Assembly (NCBI RefSeq): GCF_000186885.1
Contig: NC_014972.1
Coordinates: 2,400,001-2,432,000 of the forward strand
DNA length: 32,000 bases
Direction: 5' to 3'
Origin: Desulfobulbus propionicus DSM 2032
GTDB lineage: Bacteria > Desulfobacterota > Desulfobulbia > Desulfobulbales > Desulfobulbaceae
Position 1 is the first letter of the stretch. Every line of letters begins with the position of its first letter. Shown here piece by piece: positions 26,149 through 32,000 of this stretch. The notes beneath the pieces are model-generated. The model did not search any database. It saw only the letters and a program-made list of their open reading frames with translations, and was not told where the DNA came from. Position numbers and translations under genes: made by a program.

Positions 26149-26221
26149 AGGAAGCGGCGACGATGCCAAGGCCCCGCGCTCGACCCTGCCGGCGGTCCGC
26201 CGGCATCGTCGAGGAGCGACC

Positions 26222-26261
26222 GCCGGCCGCTGCCCCGCATGCGGTGACCGGCATTTTTTTT
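26222..26261 (+). terminator. Rho-independent terminator-like hairpin plus T8 downstream of pat, ending 21 nt before the ferredoxin ATG
   Basis: GCCGG (26222-26226) pairs with CCGGC (26248-26252). An inner imperfect stem surrounds the CCGCATGCGG palindrome (26235-26244). A, then T8 (26254-26261), follows. Confidence 0.55.
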
Positions 26262-26282
26262 ACTTCTGCACGAGAACACGGA

Positions 26283-26474
26283 ATGTCGAAACAAGTAGCA
26301 ATCAATCAGGAAGAATGTTTGGGCTGCGAGGCCTGCGTGGAATTATGCCCGGAGATCTTCGGGTTTGACATCGATGAAACCAAGGCCTATGTGCTCATGG
26401 AGGAAGACGGCGACGAGGACTGCATCGAGGAAGCGATCGGTTCCTGTCCAGCCGGATGCATCTCCTACGAGTGA
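26283..26474 (+). CDS. Small monocluster ferredoxin (63 aa), Desulfovibrio gigas FdI/II-like
   Basis: MSKQVAINQEECLGCEACVELCPEIFGFDIDETKAYVLMEEDGDEDCIEEAIGSCPAGCISYE has the CxxCxxC...CP ligand set and the acidic composition of short anaerobe ferredoxins. Confidence 0.88.
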   Translation: MSKQVAINQEECLGCEACVELCPEIFGFDIDETKAYVLMEEDGDEDCIEEAIGSCPAGCISYE

Positions 26475-26497
26475 GCGCGCCCAGCGTGTCCAAGGCG

Positions 26498-26532
26498 GCC
26501 GGGCGGGGCATGTCCGTCCGGCTGTTTCTTTT
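26498..26532 (+). terminator. Rho-independent terminator after the ferredoxin gene
   Basis: 9-bp stem GCCGGGCGG (26498-26506) / CCGTCCGGC (26514-26522) with one G-U pair and a 7-nt loop, followed by TGTTTCTTTT. Confidence 0.7.
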
Positions 26533-26614
26533 CGCGGCCGAACCGACCGCCGCCCGAGCGGGCTGAAAACCATCCGCTCACCACTGTTCACCCCCAGCAA
26601 GCGTGAGGAACACC

Positions 26615-26890
26615 ATGGTTACTTCGATCATTCTCATCAACGCCGAACGAACCAAGATCAACGAAGTCGCCGAGAAGCTGCAGGAAATCGCCGGCATCTC
26701 CGAGGTCTACTCGGTAAGCGGCAAATACGACCTGGTGGCCATCATCCGGGTCAAGACCAACGACGACCTGGCCGATCTGGTCACCAACAAGATGCTGGCC
26801 ATCGACGGCATCGCCAAAACCGAAACCATGCTCGCCTTCCAGGCCTATTCGCGCCACGACCTGGAAGCGATGTTTGCCGTGGGGATGTGA
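26615..26890 (+). CDS. Stand-alone Lrp/AsnC-type RAM (ligand-binding) domain protein without HTH (91 aa)
   Basis: MVTSIILINAERTKINEVAEKLQEIAGISEVYSVSGKYDLVAIIRVKTNDDLADLVTNKMLAIDGIAKTETMLAF has the beta-alpha-beta-beta-alpha-beta RAM pattern. GAGGA lies upstream of ATG 26615; the listed ORF starts at GTG 26603. Confidence 0.82.
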   Translation: MVTSIILINAERTKINEVAEKLQEIAGISEVYSVSGKYDLVAIIRVKTNDDLADLVTNKMLAIDGIAKTETMLAFQAYSRHDLEAMFAVGM

Positions 26891-26940
26891 GTCCTGTTCC
26901 ACGGCACGCCTGAAGTGCGTTGCTGATCCTGTCGACGAGT

Positions 26941-26986
26941 GTGACCGGGAGCGATCGCCGGTCACGCCGAGACGGCTCCCGGTCAC
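26941..26986. repeat. Perfect 12-bp inverted repeat with an internal competing 8-bp copy
   Basis: GTGACCGGGAGC (26941-26952) is the exact reverse complement of GCTCCCGGTCAC (26975-26986). The 22-nt loop contains CCGGTCAC (26958-26965), which can pair instead with 26941-26948. Confidence 0.7.
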
Positions 26987-27188
26987 ATCCCCTCCGCCCC
27001 ACCCCTCGCGAGATTTCGATCTCCATGGCAGTCTGGTCGCCGTGGCGATGGGGCAGGCAACGGCTCTCTCCCCCTGCGCCACCAGCGCCGCCTTTCCATG
27101 GCAAGGGTCCCGCTCCCGGCGCCCTCCCTGTGTACCGCTCCTTTCCCACCCCCGTCCAGGCCGCCCCCTGGCAAAATGGAGGTCGCGA

Positions 27189-27223
27189 CCAAAAAAAGGG
27201 CCGGAACCTTGCGGTTCCGGCCC
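27189..27223 (-). terminator. Strong rho-independent terminator of the convergent P-type ATPase gene
   Basis: 11-bp GC-rich stem GGGCCGGAACC (27198-27208) / GGTTCCGGCCC (27213-27223) with a 4-nt loop. The minus strand continues with T7 (27197-27191). It lies 42 nt past the stop at 27265. Confidence 0.85.
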
Positions 27224-27264
27224 TTGAATCATGGGAGAGAATCCCCGGGCAACGATGACACGCT

Positions 27265-30036
27265 TCAGACGTCTTCCGTCCGTCTGCCCCTGGCCAGGGA
27301 ACGAACCCATTTTTCCAGGGAAATGAGCGGGAAGATCACGAAGCTGGCCGCAAGCGTGATGCCGAGATCGGTGAGCGACAACGGCGCGGTCTTGAACACC
27401 CGTTGCAGCAGCGGCAGATAGACGAACAGTGCCTGCAGGACCAGAACCACGCCGATACCCCAAAACACGGTGGCATTGCTGAACAGGCCGATCTTGAGGA
27501 TGTTGTCCTTGAGCGACCGGCAGTGGATCATGTAGAAAATCTGAAAAAAGATGACAAAGGTGACGGCAATGGTCTGGGCCTTGGCCAGGGCCAGGGACTC
27601 GGCCACGCCGCCGGCCAGCTGCTGCTGATATTCCATGTTGAACAAAATGATGGTGCCGGCGGTCATCAGCACCGACACCGCCACCACCCGAAAGACGACA
27701 AAGGTGTTGAACAGCGGCGCCTCGGGCCGGCGCGGCGGCCGGTTCATGATGTCCGGCTCCTTGACCTCGAAGGCCAGCGGTAGCGCCAGGGCCACGGCGG
27801 CCACCAGGTTGATCCACAGCAGCTGGGTGGGCAGCATGGGCAGGAGCAGGACCTTGGTCACCGGGTCAAAGGGAAAGAAGATGATGCCGTAGATCAGGAT
27901 CAGGGCCAGCCCCAGGTTGGTGGGCAGGAGAAAGGCGAGCGATTTGATCAGGTTATCGTAGACCCGCCGTCCTTCCTCCACCGCGGCGCTGATGCTGGCG
28001 AAGTTGTCGTCGGCAAGGACGATGTCCGCCGACTCCTTGGACACCGCCGTGCCGGTGATGCCCATGGCCACGCCGATGTTGGACTGCTTGAGTGAGGGCG
28101 CGTCGTTGACCCCGTCGCCGGTCATGGCCACGATGTGGTTATCCGCCTGCAGGGCCTTGACCAGCCGCAGCTTGTGTTCCGGAGCCACCCGGGCAAAAAT
28201 ATTGGTGGTCCGCACGCTTTCGTTGAGCGCCTCGTCTTCCATGGCGGCCAGCTCGACCCCGGTGACCGCCCGGCCGCCCGCCGCCAGCTTGAGGTCGGTG
28301 CCGATGGCCAGGGCGGTGGTCCGGTGATCGCCGGTGATCATCTTGACCGTGATCCCGGCCCGGTGGCAGGCCGTGATGGCCTCGATGGCCTCCTCGCGCG
28401 GCGGGTCGATCATGCCGATCAGGCCGAGAAAGGTGAACCCGTCGCTCACCGCCCCCTCGTCCAGGTCGTCTCCTCCGTCCCAATTCTTGGCCGCCAAGGC
28501 CAGCACCCGCATGCCGTTTTCGCCCATGCGATTCATTTCGGCCGCGATGTGTTGGTGCAGCGATTCGTCCGTCGCCTGCAGACAGCGCTTGAACACCACC
28601 TCGGGCGCGCCCTTGAGCACGATGGTCCGGGTTTCGCCGCCGTGCAGGGTGGCCATGTACTGATTTTCCGAGGCAAAGGGGATGGCGTCGAGTCGGGGAA
28701 ACCGATTATTGACCTCGTCGGCCGTCAGTCCGGCCTTGGCCGCGGCCACCAGCAGCGCCGCCTCGGTTGGATCGCCGGTGATCGACCACTGGCCGTTGTC
28801 ATGGTGCAGGGTGGCATCGTTGCACAACACCGACTTGACCAGCAGATCGCGCAGATCCTCGGGCAGGCGGGCAACGGCTTGCCCATCCATGGTGAAGCTG
28901 CCCACCGGATCATAGCCGATGCCGCTGATCCGGCAGGTAGCGGCCGGAGTCATCAATTCGGTGACGGTCATCTCGTTGCAGGTCAGGGTGCCGGTCTTGT
29001 CGGAACAGATCACCGTGGTCGAGCCAAGCGTTTCCACCGCCGGCAGGCGGCGAATGATGGCGTTGCGCCGCGCCATGCGCTGCACGCCGATGGCGAGCGC
29101 GATGGTGACCACCGCCGGCAAGCCTTCGGGTATGGCGCCGACCGCCAGGGCGATGGCGAAGATCAGGGTCTCCTTGAGGGCCGCGCCAAGCGGAATGGCG
29201 ATGTCGAGCGCCCGCTTGACCCCGACCGCGAGAATGACCACCGACACGGCGACGATACCGATGGTGATCCAGGTGCTGACCTCGGCCAGTTTCTTGGTCA
29301 GCGGGGTGTCGAGATCCACGGCACTCTCCAGCATGTCGGAAATGCGGCCCAGCTCGGTGCCCATGCCGGTGGCGGCGACCACGGCGGTGGCCGTGCCGGC
29401 GGTGACCAAGGTGCCGCTGTAGACCATGCAGGTACGATCGCCCAGGACCGCATCCTTGTCGACCGGGACCAGCGTTTTTTCCACCGGCACCGATTCGCCG
29501 GTGAGCGCCGCCTCCTCGACCTGCAAATTTTTCAGGGAGACGAGCCGCATGTCGGCCGGCACGCTGTCGCCGGCGGCCAGCAGGACCACGTCGCCGGGCA
29601 CTAGATCAATAGCCGGCACGGTGACGTTTCTGCCCTCGCGGATGACCGTGGCGTTTTGCGGCACCATGTCGGACAGGGCCTCGATCGCCCGCCCGGCCTT
29701 GAATTCTTGAATAAAGCCGATGATGGCGTTGATCACCACCACCGACAGCACCACCAAACCGTCGGTCATCTTGCCCAGCACCACGGCCAGCGTTCCCGAG
29801 CCGAGCAGGACCCAAATGAGGGGATTGTTGATCTGCCGCCAGAGAAGCTGCAATATGCTGTCCTTGGGTTTGCGCTTGATCTGGTTGGGCCCGTGGATCT
29901 GCAGCCGCGCCTGGGCCTCTTCCTGGCGCAGTCCGGCCTCGCTGCTGGCCAGCTCCCGAAACGCGGCCTCCGGGCTCAGGGTATGCCAAGGGGACGCGGC
30001 AGGGGATGGATTAGTGGTGATGGATCGATTGTTCAT
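27265..30036 (-). CDS. P-type ATPase, type IIA (SERCA/PMCA-like) scaffold with atypical transmembrane ion-site residues (923 aa)
   Basis: VICSDKTGTLTCNEMTV, TGES, KMITGDHRTTA, MTGDGVNDAPSLKQSNIGVAMG and M4 AIPEGLPAVVT are present. I prefer start ATG 30036 (MNNRSITTNPSPAASPWHTLSPEAAFREL) on N-terminal length; there is no clear SD, and the listed ORF runs to 30120. Confidence 0.9.
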   Translation of the reverse strand: MNNRSITTNPSPAASPWHTLSPEAAFRELASSEAGLRQEEAQARLQIHGPNQIKRKPKDSILQLLWRQINNPLIWVLLGSGTLAVVLGKMTDGLVVLSVVVINAIIGFIQEFKAGRAIEALSDMVPQNATVIREGRNVTVPAIDLVPGDVVLLAAGDSVPADMRLVSLKNLQVEEAALTGESVPVEKTLVPVDKDAVLGDRTCMVYSGTLVTAGTATAVVAATGMGTELGRISDMLESAVDLDTPLTKKLAEVSTWITIGIVAVSVVILAVGVKRALDIAIPLGAALKETLIFAIALAVGAIPEGLPAVVTIALAIGVQRMARRNAIIRRLPAVETLGSTTVICSDKTGTLTCNEMTVTELMTPAATCRISGIGYDPVGSFTMDGQAVARLPEDLRDLLVKSVLCNDATLHHDNGQWSITGDPTEAALLVAAAKAGLTADEVNNRFPRLDAIPFASENQYMATLHGGETRTIVLKGAPEVVFKRCLQATDESLHQHIAAEMNRMGENGMRVLALAAKNWDGGDDLDEGAVSDGFTFLGLIGMIDPPREEAIEAITACHRAGITVKMITGDHRTTALAIGTDLKLAAGGRAVTGVELAAMEDEALNESVRTTNIFARVAPEHKLRLVKALQADNHIVAMTGDGVNDAPSLKQSNIGVAMGITGTAVSKESADIVLADDNFASISAAVEEGRRVYDNLIKSLAFLLPTNLGLALILIYGIIFFPFDPVTKVLLLPMLPTQLLWINLVAAVALALPLAFEVKEPDIMNRPPRRPEAPLFNTFVVFRVVAVSVLMTAGTIILFNMEYQQQLAGGVAESLALAKAQTIAVTFVIFFQIFYMIHCRSLKDNILKIGLFSNATVFWGIGVVLVLQALFVYLPLLQRVFKTAPLSLTDLGITLAASFVIFPLISLEKWVRSLARGRRTEDV

Positions 30037-30085
30037 TGCGGCGTTGCTCGTTGAAGTGAATGGACGGGAAAAAGTTTGTTGCCAA

Positions 30086-30124
30086 GATATAAGCATCGAC
30101 AGCCATTGTGCAACCGCCAATGGC
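30086..30124 (-). promoter_or_regulatory. Candidate sigma70 promoter with an overlapping 7-bp-arm palindrome upstream of the SERCA-like ATPase
   Basis: The minus strand reads TTGCAC (30113-30108), a 16-nt spacer, then TATATC (30091-30086). The palindrome GCCATTG (30102-30108), 9 nt, CAATGGC (30118-30124) covers the -35 element. Confidence 0.3.
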
Positions 30125-30156
30125 GTGCACGGGGCGAAGCCGCTGCCGCGACCGGG

Positions 30157-30987
30157 TCATGTTCCCATGCGCCAGTGGATCGAGGACGGGTTGCGGACGG
30201 GCAGACGACGGTAGGCGAACTTCGGGTAGCCAACCATCATCGCCCCATGGCACTGGCGTCCTGGCGGCAGCCCCAGGGCTTCGGCCATCGGCGGATAGGC
30301 ATTGACCGCGGCATTGAAGTATCCGGCCCAGCAGCCGCCCAGCCCCAGAACGGTTGTCGCCAGTTCCAGATAGGTCAGGGCGATGGTGCAGGTGGTGGCC
30401 GCCATGCGGTTGGCCGTTTCCGCATGGGCAACGATCACCGCCGGCGCGCCGCGCAGGATGACATCATGCCCGGCCCGCCAGCGCTCCACGGTGCGATCGA
30501 GATGGAGGGCCTTGGCCGCCTCGGGCGTCTCGGCCCGCATCCACTCCATCCAGTCGATGACCATGCCGGCCAGTTTCCGCAACTCCTGCCGATCGCCCAG
30601 AACCAGCCAGCCCACGCCCTGGGAATTGATGCCGGAGGGCGCATGGCGGGCGATGTCGATCAGCTTGGCCAGGGTGTCCCGGGGTACCGGCGTGTCCCGG
30701 TAGACACGGATCGAGCGGCGGGCACGAAGAAACTGCTCGCCTTGTTCGGACGAGCAGCGCAGTTCTGGCCGCACTGGCGGGCAGACGTCGACCGGCATAT
30801 CCCGGTGACTGAAGCTGCCGGTGGGGCAAACCGCGACACAGTGGCCGCAGCGGATGCACAGGTTTGCGGCGTCCATGGCAGGCACTGGCAACGCTCCCGG
30901 CGCCCAGTCGATGATCCCCATGGGGCAGACGGCGGCACAGACGCCATCCCGGTTGCAGGTCTGCTGGTTGACGGTGAACAGTTCCAT
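30157..30987 (-). CDS. Ferredoxin-nitroreductase fusion (N-terminal 2x[4Fe-4S] domain plus nitroreductase-family domain, 276 aa)
   Basis: CNRDGVCAAVCP and CIRCGHCVAVCP are followed by RRSIRVYRDTPVPRDTLAKLIDIARHAPSGINSQGVGWLVL. AAGGAGG lies upstream of ATG 30987; the listed ORF runs to 31020. Confidence 0.87.
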   Translation of the reverse strand: MELFTVNQQTCNRDGVCAAVCPMGIIDWAPGALPVPAMDAANLCIRCGHCVAVCPTGSFSHRDMPVDVCPPVRPELRCSSEQGEQFLRARRSIRVYRDTPVPRDTLAKLIDIARHAPSGINSQGVGWLVLGDRQELRKLAGMVIDWMEWMRAETPEAAKALHLDRTVERWRAGHDVILRGAPAVIVAHAETANRMAATTCTIALTYLELATTVLGLGGCWAGYFNAAVNAYPPMAEALGLPPGRQCHGAMMVGYPKFAYRRLPVRNPSSIHWRMGT

Positions 30988-31020
30988 CGGGCCTCCTTTT
31001 TGGCTATGGGTTGACAGCAC

Positions 31021-31046
31021 CCCCTGAAAAATGGTCTGTTCAGGGG
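31021..31046. promoter_or_regulatory. 8-bp-arm inverted repeat in the divergent intergenic region (possible operator or RNA hairpin)
   Basis: CCCCTGAA (31021-31028), 10 nt, TTCAGGGG (31039-31046), immediately after a TTGACA hexamer at 31011-31016. Confidence 0.3.
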
Positions 31047-31125
31047 CCGAAAAACGACGGCCGCGGGCTGGGCACGGGCCGCGAGATGCACTGTACCTCT
31101 TTTTTTAACGGGCACGAACACCAGC

Positions 31126-32000
31126 GTGGACAAAAAAGCAAAATCCGCCAAAAAAACACCACCGGCGAACACCGAGCAAGCGTCTCCCCCGGATACCGCT
31201 CCGAGCGAAAACCAGCAACCCCCCTCGGCTTCCAAGCCGCCAGTCCAGCGAAAGCCCCGATCCACGGCAAAAAAAGGCACGGGCCGCAAGCGGCGCCGCA
31301 AAAAGCCCGCGCTCCTCACCCGCCATCTGATTGCCCTCACCACCGTGGAAATCGCCTGCCTGACGCTGAGCGCCATGACCGGGATCGTGGTCCTGCTCGG
31401 CCACGCGACGGAACGTTTTTCCGGCACCAGCCTGCTGTCCCACCTTCTGCCCTTCACCACCGGAGTCCTGGCCTTGGTGGTCGCGGCCGCCCTGCTGCTG
31501 ATCGGCTGGCTGCGGCTGCGACGCTGGCTGGGGCAAAAGTGGCTGTTTCTGCCGGCGATTCTGGCCCTGACCATGGTCCTGGTTATTGGCGGCTTTGCCC
31601 TCAAGGGCTCCTTTTTCTTTGCCTTCAGCCAGTTTCGCATCCTGGTCGGCGGCAAGGAGGAAGCCAGCCGGATCACGCTCACCCATCAGGTGTTTGCCGC
31701 CTATCGCCGCCACGACCCCTCCCAGTTGCGGCAGATGATCGAACGGGCCAAACCCTATGGCCCGGACATCGACGCCGCGGCCCAGGCCTTTGGGCTTGAT
31801 CCGGACCTGCTCCATGGCATCGCCGCGACCGAATCATCCTTTCTTCCTCGCGAGAGCAAGGACGGCGGCCAGGGGTTGTTCCAGATCACCCAGGTTCCGG
31901 AAGCGGCCCTGCGCGAAGCGGGCAGCCGGCTTGGGGTCGATCGGCCGGTGATCACCAATCACCGTCACAACGGCTTCATCGCCGCAGCCACCCTCAACCA
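31126..32000 (+). CDS. Membrane-anchored lytic transglycosylase (SLT domain), 5' part; continues beyond the window
   Basis: Frame 1 is open from 31015 to the window end and is not in the ORF track because it has no stop. It reads ...GLDPDLLHGIAATESSFLPRESKDGGQGLFQIT, which contains the SLT catalytic E-S and GLxQI motifs, preceded by ~4 TM helices and a Lys/Pro-rich N-terminus. The first canonical start in this frame is GTG 31126 with no SD, so the start is uncertain. Confidence 0.7.
   Translation, partial: MDKKAKSAKKTPPANTEQASPPDTAPSENQQPPSASKPPVQRKPRSTAKKGTGRKRRRKKPALLTRHLIALTTVEIACLTLSAMTGIVVLLGHATERFSGTSLLSHLLPFTTGVLALVVAAALLLIGWLRLRRWLGQKWLFLPAILALTMVLVIGGFALKGSFFFAFSQFRILVGGKEEASRITLTHQVFAAYRRHDPSQLRQMIERAKPYGPDIDAAAQAFGLDPDLLHGIAATESSFLPRESKDGGQGLFQITQVPEAALREAGSRLGVDRPVITNHRHNGFIAAATLN

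Noticed and set aside
23470-26169. 899-aa minus-strand ORF opposite the Pat-like gene
   Set aside because: Same reasoning: the plus-strand product is a recognisable CoA-binding/ATP-grasp/GNAT protein, and the antisense product is low complexity.
26163-26474. Listed 103-aa ORF as an N-terminally extended ferredoxin
   Set aside because: The extra 40 residues are Arg/Pro/Ala low complexity and are encoded across three hairpins and a T8 tract. Ferredoxins of this type are ~55-65 aa, and the D. gigas-like homology starts at Met 26283. I keep it only as a possible regulatory translation event (see findings).
27095-27175. Runs of G3-G5 on the minus strand as a G-quadruplex element
   Set aside because: The G-tracts are simply the complement of the C-rich plus-strand tract. 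With this base composition I cannot distinguish a functional G4 from compositional bias. I report it instead as a possible rut region.
28135-29604. 489-aa plus-strand ORF inside the SERCA-like ATPase gene
   Set aside because: It is antisense to conserved P-type ATPase motifs (DKTGT, TGDGVNDAP), and its product is low complexity.
31011-31799. Listed 262-aa plus-strand ORF (frame 3) downstream of the ferredoxin-nitroreductase gene
   Set aside because: Its translation is Arg/Pro/Gly low complexity. Frame 1 over the same region encodes TM helices and an SLT catalytic motif and stays open to the window end.
1-32000. Scan for CRISPR arrays, tRNA/rRNA genes, IS elements, integrases or long direct repeats
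   Set aside because: I found no regularly spaced repeats, no cloverleaf-like or rRNA-like sequence and no transposase or integrase-like ORF by eye. The only repeats seen are the short inverted repeats listed above.

Overview
GC-rich (about 60-65% by eye), densely coding chromosomal window. Gene content suggests an anaerobic Desulfobacterota-type genome, for example a Desulfovibrio-gigas-like ferredoxin and many Fe-S and Tat proteins; this is an inference. Left to right:
- The tail of an oxyanion ABC importer: a permease plus an ATPase with a TOBE-like tail.
- A six-gene group-2 Mrp cation/H+ antiporter operon: fused mrpA/B, then C, D, E, F, G.
- A convergent two-gene module: a Tat-exported DUF362 protein plus a fused NapH-NapG-type membrane polyferredoxin.
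- A probable PPC(DUF296)-nitroreductase-MarC operon.
- A GlcD-GlcF-fusion (Dld-II/YdiJ-like) FAD/Fe-S dehydrogenase.
- A membrane HD-GYP phosphodiesterase and a small membrane protein.
- An MmeI-family (type IIL) restriction-modification gene inactivated by two TGG->TGA changes and one frameshift.
- A tandem-USP gene overlapping a P-type ATPase with a Na,K-ATPase-like ion-site signature.
- A Pat-type protein acetyltransferase, a small ferredoxin and a stand-alone RAM-domain protein.
- A convergent SERCA-like P-type ATPase that lacks the canonical M5/M6/M8 acidic ion ligands.
- A ferredoxin-nitroreductase fusion.
- The 5' part of a membrane-anchored lytic transglycosylase.
I saw no rRNA, tRNA, CRISPR array, transposase or integrase. 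The best candidates for undescribed biology are the DUF362/NapHG-fusion redox module, the two atypical P-type pumps (one coupled to USP and followed by Pat), and two highly structured non-coding spacers. All protein-family calls come from motif recognition by eye. No searches were run.
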